This document shows positions 16,506 to 24,844 of a stretch of 30,418 nt of DNA, one piece after another. The notes under the pieces were generated by a model. That model searched no databases, was not told the origin of the DNA, and was given only the letters and a program-made list of their open reading frames with translations. The stretch comes from Limisphaerales bacterium (GTDB lineage Bacteria; Verrucomicrobiota; Verrucomicrobiia; Limisphaerales; JAYPXF01). Position 1 is the stretch's first letter. Each line of letters opens with the position of its first letter. The DNA lies in contig JBMYQZ010000001.1 of the NCBI GenBank assembly GCA_049601855.1, forward strand, positions 1 to 30,418. Direction: 5' to 3'. A program made the translations under genes and the position numbers.

Positions 16506-18353
16506 ATGATCGAAACCCTTACCCAGCTCTTCGGTGACGCCGCGACCTTCGTCTGGACTTACGTCGTCGTTGGTCTGTGCCTCATGGTGGGGCTGTATTG
16601 TACCTTTCGGACCCGCTTCGTTCAGTTCAGTTCATTCATTCACGCGATCGGGTTGCTGGTTGGCAAGTATCCCGAAAGCGAAGATGAGAAGGATGGCATT
16701 ACGACGTTTCAGGCCCTGTCCACCGCACTCTCGAGCACGGTCGGCATCGGCAACATTGCGGGCGTGGCGGTCGCCATTAAGACAGGCGGACCCGGGGCGA
16801 TCTTCTGGATGTGGTTCATGGCGCTCATCGGGATGGCCCTGAAATTTGCTGAAGGAACTTTGGGTAGTCTGTATCGCCAGAAGATCGGCGCGGATGGCGA
16901 GAAGGGTGGCGGTCCGATGTATTACATCACCAAGGGGCTTGGTGAACGTTGGAAACCGGTGGCGGTCTTTTATTCGGTGTGCACCGCCGTCGGTGTTCTC
17001 GGTGCGTGGAACATGTTTCAATCAAACCAGGCCGCCGCCGTGTTACATGACCAGATGTCAGTGCCGCCTTGGGTGACGGGTTTGGTGCTGACCGTCTTTG
17101 CCGGGCTCGTATTGATTGGCGGGATCAAACGGATCGGCACGGTGGCATCCATGATCGTGCCGCCGATGTGCGTGATTTACGTCATCACCGTGATGGTGAT
17201 CTGCGTGATGAACCTGGATCGCATGCCAGCGGTGTTCGGCCTGATCTTTCATGACGCGTTTCAATTCGATTCGGTCGGCGGGGGAGTGTTGGGAACGGCG
17301 GTGTTGATCGGCATTCGTCGAGCGTTGTTCTCGAATGAAGCGGGCACTGGGACGGCCGGTATCGCCCATGCGGCGGCGCACACGGCCCATCCCGTGAGGC
17401 AGGGCATCGTGTCCAGCCTGGGGCCCTTCATCGACACGATCGTCGTCTGCGGTGCGACGGCCTCGGTCATCCTGCTCAGCGGCTTCTACGGGACAGAGAG
17501 TTACCAAAACACGACTGGGACTCGTATGAGCTTCGAGAAATCGGATGGTCTGCTCATTTGGACGGGTGTTCCGGCGGACGAAAGCCCTCTCCAAAGTTTT
17601 ATGGACGGTGAACGCGTTATCGCCGTCTCCGGTACCCAGGTCGAATTTGGTCTCGGCGACCTGGCCCGTACAAACATCAGTGGTGTCATCGGTATCCGAT
17701 TATCCGCCTGGTACGAAAAGTTGGTCCCGGAGATCATTCTTCGAGACGACAGCTCGCGAGAAGTCTTGTCGGGCGCAGACGGGATCGAAGGTGTTACGCC
17801 TCCCCGGCAGTGGGGATCCTGGGTCATGAAACTCGAGGACGATTGGTTGCAACGATTCGCGGATGATACGAAAGCTGACAACCTCAAGCTGGTCGTCGAT
17901 GCCGGCGCCAGTGGCCAAGTTTATCTCGATCGCGTGGAATTGGTTTCGCAAGCCAATGGCATCGTCCTCTCCACCGCGGCCTTCTCCAAGTTCTTCGGCG
18001 TCTTCGCCAGCTTTTTCATTCCCATCGCCGCGCTGCTCTTTGCCTACAGCACGGTGATCGCGGGGAACTACTACGGCGAGGTCTCCTGCCACTACCTGAG
18101 CGAGAAACTCGTGAAGCCCTACCTCTGGCTCTACATCATCGCGACCTACCTTGGCTGCGCGGTCAACCTCGACATCGTGATCAACTTTTCGGATCTCACC
18201 GTCGGCTTGATGGCTCTCCCAAACCTGATCGCTGTCGCGCTGCTCCTTCCCATCGTGATCCGACAAACACGGGATTACTTCGGTGGCCAGGGACAGGAGA
18301 CCAAACGAGCTGATGCAGTATCTGAAGCAGGCAAACCAGACGACGCAAGCTGA
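16506..18353 (+). CDS. Alanine/glycine:cation symporter (AGCS family) with a ~155-aa inserted soluble domain
   Basis: FQALSTALSSTVGIGNIAGVA, GGPGAIFWMW, GGPMYYI, LIGGIKRIG, FSNEAGTGTA, FIDTIVVC, LFAYST and MALPNLIA. A hydrophilic insert lies at about 17490-17954. Confidence 0.93.
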   Translation: MIETLTQLFGDAATFVWTYVVVGLCLMVGLYCTFRTRFVQFSSFIHAIGLLVGKYPESEDEKDGITTFQALSTALSSTVGIGNIAGVAVAIKTGGPGAIFWMWFMALIGMALKFAEGTLGSLYRQKIGADGEKGGGPMYYITKGLGERWKPVAVFYSVCTAVGVLGAWNMFQSNQAAAVLHDQMSVPPWVTGLVLTVFAGLVLIGGIKRIGTVASMIVPPMCVIYVITVMVICVMNLDRMPAVFGLIFHDAFQFDSVGGGVLGTAVLIGIRRALFSNEAGTGTAGIAHAAAHTAHPVRQGIVSSLGPFIDTIVVCGATASVILLSGFYGTESYQNTTGTRMSFEKSDGLLIWTGVPADESPLQSFMDGERVIAVSGTQVEFGLGDLARTNISGVIGIRLSAWYEKLVPEIILRDDSSREVLSGADGIEGVTPPRQWGSWVMKLEDDWLQRFADDTKADNLKLVVDAGASGQVYLDRVELVSQANGIVLSTAAFSKFFGVFASFFIPIAALLFAYSTVIAGNYYGEVSCHYLSEKLVKPYLWLYIIATYLGCAVNLDIVINFSDLTVGLMALPNLIAVALLLPIVIRQTRDYFGGQGQETKRADAVSEAGKPDDAS

Positions 18354-19620
18354 AGACGCGAGTGTCATCGACACCGTCAGAGCGATGCTCGAGCGCATCG
18401 CGAATGAAGGTGAGGCGGCGGCGGCTGCGTACGCGCGTGAATTCGATGATTGGGAAGGTGATGTCGTGCTCCCACCGGAGAAACGTGCGCGTCTCATCGA
18501 AGAGGTTCCGCAACAGCTGAGGGACGATATCGATTTTGCGCATCAGCAGGTCCGGTGTTTTGCCCAAGCACAACGCGACAGCCAGCAGGAATTTGAAAAG
18601 GAGATTTCGCCCGGTGTGCTCCTGGGCCAACGACTGGTGCCGGTTCAATGCGCGGGATGTTACGTCCCCGGCGGACGCTACGCGCACGTGGCTTCGGCCT
18701 TGATGAGCGTCGCCACCGCCAAGGTGGCCGGGGTGCCCAGGGTGGTGGCCTGTTCACCGCCGCATGAAGGAAGCATTCATCCCGCGATCGTTTACGCGAT
18801 GGATCGCGCGGGCGCCGATGTCATTCTGGAACTGGGCGGGTTGCAGGCGGTGGCCGCCATGGCGCACGGCTTCTTCACAGGTTGGAAGGCCGATATCCTC
18901 GTCGGGCCGGGCAATGCCCACGTGGCTGAAGCCAAGCGGCAGCTGTTCGGTGAAGTCGGTATCGATGTCGTTGCCGGTCCGACGGAAACCGCCATCATCG
19001 CCGATGAAGGCGCGGATGCGATGACCATCGCGGTGGATCTTGTCTCCCAGGCCGAGCATGGCCCGACCTCGCCGGCCTGGTTGTTTACGACGAGCAAGGA
19101 GTTGGGCGAAAAGACGATGTGTATGATCCCACAAGTCGCCGGCGACCTGCCCAATCACGAGGTGATTCGCCGCGCTTGGGAGGACTTCGGCGAAGTGGTG
19201 TTGTGCGATGATCGCGAGGAAGTTGTGACCCTCAGCGATCGCTACGCGCCGGAACATTTGCAGGTGATGGCGGCGGATGAAGATTGGTGGCTGCAACGAT
19301 TGAGCAACTACGGTTCGCTGTTCCTGGGCGAAGGCGCCACGGTCACTCATGGGGACAAGTGTTCGGGCACCAATCATATCCTTCCCACCCGCCGAGCGGC
19401 CCGCTACAGCGGCGGGTTGAACGTGCAGAAGTTCATGAAGATTCTCACCTATCAGCGAATCAGCCCGGCAGCGAATGAGACCATCAGTGCCGTTGCCTCC
19501 CGCATTTCCCGGGCGGAAGGAATGGAGGCTCACGCTCGCGCCTGTGATTGGCGGCTGCGAAAATTCTTTCCCAACCAGGACTGGGATTTCCCGGTGCACG
19601 ATCAAGAGCGATACGATTGA
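18313..19620 (+). CDS. HisD-fold NAD-dependent dehydrogenase of the HpsN (sulfopropanediol 3-dehydrogenase)-like subfamily
   Basis: Start ATG 18313 (MQYLKQA). Motifs GCYVPGGRYAH, VGPGN, GIDVVAGPTE, SQAEH, PEHL, GDKCSGTNHILPT and EGMEAHAR. GRYAH, GDK and the short YLK.A N-terminus match HpsN as I recall it, rather than biosynthetic HisD (GDY). Confidence 0.85.
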   Translation: MQYLKQANQTTQAEDASVIDTVRAMLERIANEGEAAAAAYAREFDDWEGDVVLPPEKRARLIEEVPQQLRDDIDFAHQQVRCFAQAQRDSQQEFEKEISPGVLLGQRLVPVQCAGCYVPGGRYAHVASALMSVATAKVAGVPRVVACSPPHEGSIHPAIVYAMDRAGADVILELGGLQAVAAMAHGFFTGWKADILVGPGNAHVAEAKRQLFGEVGIDVVAGPTETAIIADEGADAMTIAVDLVSQAEHGPTSPAWLFTTSKELGEKTMCMIPQVAGDLPNHEVIRRAWEDFGEVVLCDDREEVVTLSDRYAPEHLQVMAADEDWWLQRLSNYGSLFLGEGATVTHGDKCSGTNHILPTRRAARYSGGLNVQKFMKILTYQRISPAANETISAVASRISRAEGMEAHARACDWRLRKFFPNQDWDFPVHDQERYD

Positions 19621-20798
19621 AAACCTTCACCAAATCGTTCACCCAACAGGAACCGATTCCCGAGGTCGGCATCGAACGCGCGGTCGAACTGATGCGCAGC
19701 GGCCGCCTGCATCGCTACGATCGCGATCCGGGTGACGACGGTGAGGTCGGCCGATTGGAACGCGAGTTTGCCGGCTTCATTGGTGTTCCCTTCTGTCTCG
19801 CCTGCGCCTCCGGCGGCTACGCCATTCACATTGCCCTGCGCGCTGCCGGCGTGAAGACCGATGATACCGTACTGACGAACGCCTTCACTTTGGCCCCTGT
19901 GCCCGGAGCCATTCACAACAGTGGTGCGCGTCCAGTTTTCGTCGAGATGACCGACGATCTCTGCATCGATCTTAAACACTTGGATCGAATGGCCAGCGAG
20001 AGCCGCTCTCGTTTTCTTCTGCTCTCTCATATGCGCGGACACATGGCCGATATGGATCGCGTGCTGGAGATCTGCCAACGTCACGATCTTTTTCTCATTG
20101 AAGACTGCGCCCACACCATGGGGGCGTCATGGAATGGTCGCCCGAGCGGCAGCGACGCCGACATCGCCTGCTTCAGCACGCAGACCTACAAACACATCAA
20201 CTCTGGCGAAGGCGGGCTGCTCACCACGCGTCACAGCGAGATCATGGCCCGGGCGGTGATGTTGTCCGGTTCCTACATGCTTTACGATCGTCACCCGGCC
20301 GGCCCTCCGGATGAGGAGTATCGGGACATTCGTCTGCAAACCCCCAACCTCAGTGGGCGCATGGACCATTTGCGAGCCGCGATCCTGAGACCGCAATTGG
20401 CCGACCTGCCGGAGCGCTGCAAGCGCTGGAACGAACGGTATGAAACGTTGGCGACTCGACTCTCCAGTATGTCCGGCTTGCACATTCCTGAAAGAAAGCC
20501 GGAAGAACAATTCGTTGGCAGTTCCCTTCAGTTCTCCCTGCCTGATCTCAACGGTGAATCGATTGCCCGGTTTATCCGCACCTGCGCCGAGCGCGGCGTG
20601 GTGATCAAATGGTTCGGAGACCCCGAACCACACGGCTACACCAGTCGCTACGACAGCTGGCGCTATCTTGAAGAAACGCCGGACCTGCCCCAGACCGATC
20701 GGATCTGCAACACACTCTGCGACCTCCGCATTCCACTCACATTCACGGAAGAGGATTGCCAGCTGATCGTGGAGATCATCAGTGAGGAATTGAAATGA
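19617..20798 (+). CDS. DegT/DnrJ/EryC1/StrS-family PLP-dependent enzyme
   Basis: TTG start overlapping the upstream TGA (TTGA). Motifs SGRLHRY, ASGGYAI, EDCAH, and FSTQTYKHINSGEGG (PLP Lys). Confidence 0.9.
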   Translation: MKTFTKSFTQQEPIPEVGIERAVELMRSGRLHRYDRDPGDDGEVGRLEREFAGFIGVPFCLACASGGYAIHIALRAAGVKTDDTVLTNAFTLAPVPGAIHNSGARPVFVEMTDDLCIDLKHLDRMASESRSRFLLLSHMRGHMADMDRVLEICQRHDLFLIEDCAHTMGASWNGRPSGSDADIACFSTQTYKHINSGEGGLLTTRHSEIMARAVMLSGSYMLYDRHPAGPPDEEYRDIRLQTPNLSGRMDHLRAAILRPQLADLPERCKRWNERYETLATRLSSMSGLHIPERKPEEQFVGSSLQFSLPDLNGESIARFIRTCAERGVVIKWFGDPEPHGYTSRYDSWRYLEETPDLPQTDRICNTLCDLRIPLTFTEEDCQLIVEIISEELK

Positions 20799-21235
20799 GC
20801 GACGAAGATCCACACGACTTGCAACGATTTGTCAGCGCCCAGGAGCACGCCTACGAAACCGCGTTGAAGGAACTGCGCCGGGGTCGCAAGACCTCGCATT
20901 GGATCTGGTACATCTTTCCCCAAGTGGCCGGGTTGGGATTCAGCCCGACCTCGCAGCAGTATGCCATCCAGAGTCGCGCTGAAGGTCTGGCGTACCTGGA
21001 GCATGAATTGCTCGGTCCTCGCCTGAAGGAATGTACGCAGGCGCTTCTGAATCTGGGTTCCCGGCGCATCACCGACGTCATGGGCAAACCGGATGATTTG
21101 AAACTGAAATCATCCATGACCTTGTTTGCGGAAATCTCAGATGCCCCGATCTTTGAACAGGTTTTGAAGCGTTTTTACGGCGACCGACGGGACGACCTGA
21201 CGCTGGAGTTCCTGAAGTCCGAAGCCGGGAATTGA
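20795..21235 (+). CDS. DUF1810 family protein
   Basis: DLQRFVSAQ, ELRRGRKTSHWIWYIFPQ, YLEHELLGPRL, and DDLKLKSSMTLF; ATGA overlap with the upstream gene. Confidence 0.88.
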   Translation: MSDEDPHDLQRFVSAQEHAYETALKELRRGRKTSHWIWYIFPQVAGLGFSPTSQQYAIQSRAEGLAYLEHELLGPRLKECTQALLNLGSRRITDVMGKPDDLKLKSSMTLFAEISDAPIFEQVLKRFYGDRRDDLTLEFLKSEAGN

Positions 21236-21344
21236 GATCCCATTCGTGATCGCTGGTCGAGCAACAGAAGGTAGCTCGGATTGATGAACGTGTTCTTGCG
21301 GTAGGCATTGGAGAATCATTGAGATTCAGGTAGTTTCCGAGCGC

Positions 21345-21815
21345 ATGAAACGCGCGTTCCTTCTCACTTTCCTCCTCACCATCAATGCTGTCGCGGCTGA
21401 TCGCATCGCTGAACTCGACGCCTACTGGGCTGAAGTTTCCCGGTCGGTGAAGGCTGGCGATTTCGCGGGCTATCGCGCCACCTGTCATCCACAAGGCATC
21501 CTGGTATCGGGCAATTCGAAGACGAGTTACCCGCTCAGCAAGGCATTGGCTCGTTGGAAGCAGGGCTTCGACGACACCAAGGCGGGCAAGATGAAGGCGA
21601 GCGTGGAATTTCGTTTCAGCCAACGCTGGGGTGATGAGACCACGGCTCACGAAACCGGAATCTTTCTTTATTCCTCGACCAACGCCGAGGGCAAGAAGTC
21701 GCAAGATTACATCCACCTCGAAGCCTTGCTTACCAAGACCGATTCCGGCTGGAAGATCCTGATGGAATTCCAAAAATCAAAGGCGACTGCGGTGGAATTT
21801 GCCCAACTCAAATAA
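21345..21815 (+). CDS. Secreted NTF2/SnoaL-like (DUF4440-like) protein
   Basis: Signal peptide, then ELDAYWAEVSRSVKAGDF, VEFRFSQRWGDETTAHETGIF, and GWKILMEFQK. Confidence 0.7.
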   Translation: MKRAFLLTFLLTINAVAADRIAELDAYWAEVSRSVKAGDFAGYRATCHPQGILVSGNSKTSYPLSKALARWKQGFDDTKAGKMKASVEFRFSQRWGDETTAHETGIFLYSSTNAEGKKSQDYIHLEALLTKTDSGWKILMEFQKSKATAVEFAQLK

Positions 21816-21852
21816 CCGCCAAGTCTCCGGCGCTGGCCGGGTCAAATTATCG

Positions 21853-22962
21853 ATGAACTTCCGAATCAAATCCTTGCGCCTTGCGGCCTCGTTGGCCGTG
21901 ATTGCCGCCCCGGCTTTCAGCGCCGAACCGATCCGTTTTCGTGTCGTTCTGTTTTGCGCTGCCGACGAGAAACCCACCCCCGCCGCCTTTGAACGGGTGC
22001 GGCAATACGTGCACTACACGGAAGATTTCTACACGCGTTGGATGAAGCATTGGGGCTACGCACCGAAGCAATCGTTGACCGCCGTGCGCGACACCAACGG
22101 GAGACCGATGATCTATTCCGTCACCGGCCGAAGCAAAAAGAACAGCGGCGCCTACGCCAAGCCGAACTTCAGCAACGAGGTGAAGGAGTTGGTGCAGGCG
22201 AAGTATGGATTCAAGAAGGGCAAGGACGTCTGGTGGGTCTTCATCCACGAACCCGGCGCTGGCTGGGGCATTGGCGGCGGCAACATGCGGCGCGGCGGTT
22301 GGTCTTGGGGCGCCTATTTCGCGAAACCACCCGGCAACGTTCGCCCGGGCGCGCAACTGGCCGCGGGAATTGTCCGCGACCTGAAACTGAAAGGTGGCGT
22401 CCACGAACTCGGCCACGCCCTCGGTCTTCCACACATCGGCCCACGACCGGAGGATAATCTCGGCAATTCCCTCATGGGTCCGACTCATTTCAACTACGCC
22501 CGCCGCGTCAAGGATCCGAAAAAGCAGCGTACCTCACACCTTACGCAGGCCGCCGCCGCCATGCTCTATCGGCACCCATTGTTCACCGGCGACACCAAGG
22601 ATCGCTTCAAACAGATCCAGCTGCGCATGTCAAACCTCTCCGCCACGATGCAAAAGGGAGTCGTCAAAGTCTCAGGCAAGCTCACCTGTAACATTCCCGC
22701 CCACAGTGTGATCATCTGCAATTACACCAAGAACACCGTCGGTCCGTATTGGCAGAAGATGTAAGTCGGCAAGGTGGCGAAGAACGGAACATTCAACGTG
22801 GACGTCGGCGGTACCGGCCGTGCCAAGGGCGGCAATCTGATGATCGCTTTCTGCCTGGAGAATGGCGCCGTTACCGGCAACAACCGCGGCGTGGCCTTTA
22901 CGCAGACACATATTGCCAAGGAATACACCATCGCCAACGGTCGCATTGTGCTGAAGAAGTAA
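21853..22962 (+). pseudogene. Secreted metzincin-type Zn metalloprotease interrupted by in-frame TAA at 22762-22764
   Basis: Signal peptide from ATG 21853, HELGHALGLPH (HExxHxxGxxH), and a downstream SLMG Met-turn. The frame continues past the TAA (WQKM*VGKVAKNG) to the stop at 22962. Confidence 0.75.
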
Positions 22963-22969
22963 GCACCAC

Positions 22970-24715
22970 CTACCGACAGACCTCGGTGAGAATCTCCAGC
23001 ATTCGTCGATTGGTCGCGGCATCCTTCACCGCCAGGCGAATCATCCGGTCTTCCATGGCCGTCCCCATCGTACTGACGTTACGTAGAAAGAGACCGTGTT
23101 GACGGCTCGCTTGTACGACCATGTCCGCCTTGGGTCCTTTTTTCGGAAGCTCGCAAAGGAGGAAGTTCGCGATGCCGGGAACGATCCGCCAACCCAGTGA
23201 TTTGAGGCCGTTTGCCATGGATGCCCGCAGCTCATGCGTCTCACGGTATCTCGCGCGATAATGATCGGGAGATGCGAGCGCTTTGACCGCGGCCACCTGC
23301 GAGGGAAGTCCCACGACCCAGGGCGGTGTGATGGCACGAAGACCTTCCAGTTGGTGGGCGGCGGAGCAAAGATACGCCACTCGTGCACCGCTGAGCGCGT
23401 AGACCTTCGACATTGATTTGCAGACGATCACATTGACTGAGGCGGCCGCAATCGACTCCAAGGATTCCCCTTCTCCCGCGTACTCGACGTAGGTTTCATC
23501 GATCCAGATGCGGGTGGTCGAAGGAGCCGAGCGAAGGGCCGACAGCAGTTCTCGGCGCGGGACATGCCGACCTGTGGGGCTGTTGGGATTCACGAGCACG
23601 ACCAGGTCATACGCGTCGCGTAGGGCAACTCTCAAGCGGTCGAGATTCACTTCGTAGTCATCTTCTGCCGACAAGGTCAGGCGGTCCACCGTGCAACCGA
23701 TCACCTTCTCAAGGACGTGCGCGTATTCGCCATAGGTCGGGTCAAGAATCAGGACGTGTGACTCCGGCCGCAACCAGTGGCGCAAGGCCCGGAAGATCAG
23801 ATCGGACGAACCGGCTCCCGGCAGGATGTTGGCGGGTTGCACGCCTCGGGCTTCTGCGATGGCTCTGATAAGTCCGGCACAGTCGGTTGGCGGAGAGGTT
23901 CGCAGCAGCCAGTCCAGATTGGCAGTGAGCACCTCGGTGACCGCTGGGGCGGGAGGAAACCAGGCATCCAGGACGTCGGCGTTGATGACGTCATGCCGGC
24001 GTTCAAGATCGGAAAAATCTTCCCCGATGGATTTGAAGAACGCGCCGCCGTGAAAACATCTTGCCGGTTGGCGAAAACCCATCGGCAGACGCCAGCGGAT
24101 CTGCTCCTCCATCCGCGTCAGCAATCCGCCGAACTCCTGGGTGTGGCGACGGAGTTCCTCGACCGAGGCATGCATCAGTTCATAGCACACACGGCCGGAA
24201 GTGGTCGTGCGACCCGTGGCTCGCATCCCACAGCGTTGATACAGACGCATGATTTCGCGACGACCGATGCCAATGATTCGATTTCCGCCATCTGCTTCCA
24301 CCCAGCGCAGAGCCGCATACATGAGCAACCCTGCCAACTCCGTGCCGCGACAGGAGTCTATGACGGTCAACAGCCGCACCTCATAGACCGCCTCGCCGGC
24401 TTGTACGGGCAACTCGTTCCGCGGGAAATATTTGTCGATTGAAAATCGCGGGGCGGAAGGTGGTGTGATGCTCACGAATCCCGCCATTGTTTCACCGGCC
24501 TTCACGACCAGATACGCGTTCCATTCGTCAATCTCGTCGCAAAGTCTCTCCTCCGCATTGTCCGGATGCTGCCCCAGCTCGCGTGAGTACACTTCATGAC
24601 GCAGCCGATAGATCGCCTCACGGTCTTCGGCGGTTGCCAGCGAGACTTCGTAGGGCGAATATTGCCTGTGACGGCTGGGCACGGACGAGGAATCGACCGC
24701 GGATGCTGCTTTCAT
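22970..24715 (-). CDS. Fusion of a GNAT acyltransferase (FeeM/OlsB/LuxI-like) and a class I/II PLP enzyme (HisC/CobD-like)
   Basis: N-domain: IYRLRHEVY, DEIDEWNAYLVV, YEVRLLTV. C-domain: FHGG, PGAGSSDLIF, PTYGEY, LVNPNSPTG, IDETY, and KSMSKVYALSGARVAY (PLP Lys). Confidence 0.88.
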   Translation of the reverse strand: MKAASAVDSSSVPSRHRQYSPYEVSLATAEDREAIYRLRHEVYSRELGQHPDNAEERLCDEIDEWNAYLVVKAGETMAGFVSITPPSAPRFSIDKYFPRNELPVQAGEAVYEVRLLTVIDSCRGTELAGLLMYAALRWVEADGGNRIIGIGRREIMRLYQRCGMRATGRTTTSGRVCYELMHASVEELRRHTQEFGGLLTRMEEQIRWRLPMGFRQPARCFHGGAFFKSIGEDFSDLERRHDVINADVLDAWFPPAPAVTEVLTANLDWLLRTSPPTDCAGLIRAIAEARGVQPANILPGAGSSDLIFRALRHWLRPESHVLILDPTYGEYAHVLEKVIGCTVDRLTLSAEDDYEVNLDRLRVALRDAYDLVVLVNPNSPTGRHVPRRELLSALRSAPSTTRIWIDETYVEYAGEGESLESIAAASVNVIVCKSMSKVYALSGARVAYLCSAAHQLEGLRAITPPWVVGLPSQVAAVKALASPDHYRARYRETHELRASMANGLKSLGWRIVPGIANFLLCELPKKGPKADMVVQASRQHGLFLRNVSTMGTAMEDRMIRLAVKDAATNRRMLEILTEVCR

Positions 24716-24844
24716 GACTGCAACCTAGCCACGCGCGATCAGACCCGTAAATCGATTAACTCGATGACACCTTCACTCAAACCGATGTCAGTCGGTGGTG
24801 GACTTTGCTTTCGAACGAATCGGGTAGTTGCTATCTATCCCTCC

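Noticed and set aside
18313-19620. Canonical histidine-biosynthesis hisD
   Set aside because: It has HpsN-type motifs (GRYAH, GDK) and no his operon context, so the hisD symbol was withheld; hpsN was also withheld because the substrate is unproven.
6922-24844. ORF-track upstream starts at 6922, 8279, 10221, 12359, 18283, 19548, 21799 and 24596
   Set aside because: These extensions overlap upstream genes or translate repeat DNA; signal peptides or family N-termini begin at 6979, 8507, 10269, 12524, 18313, 19617, 21853 and 24845.
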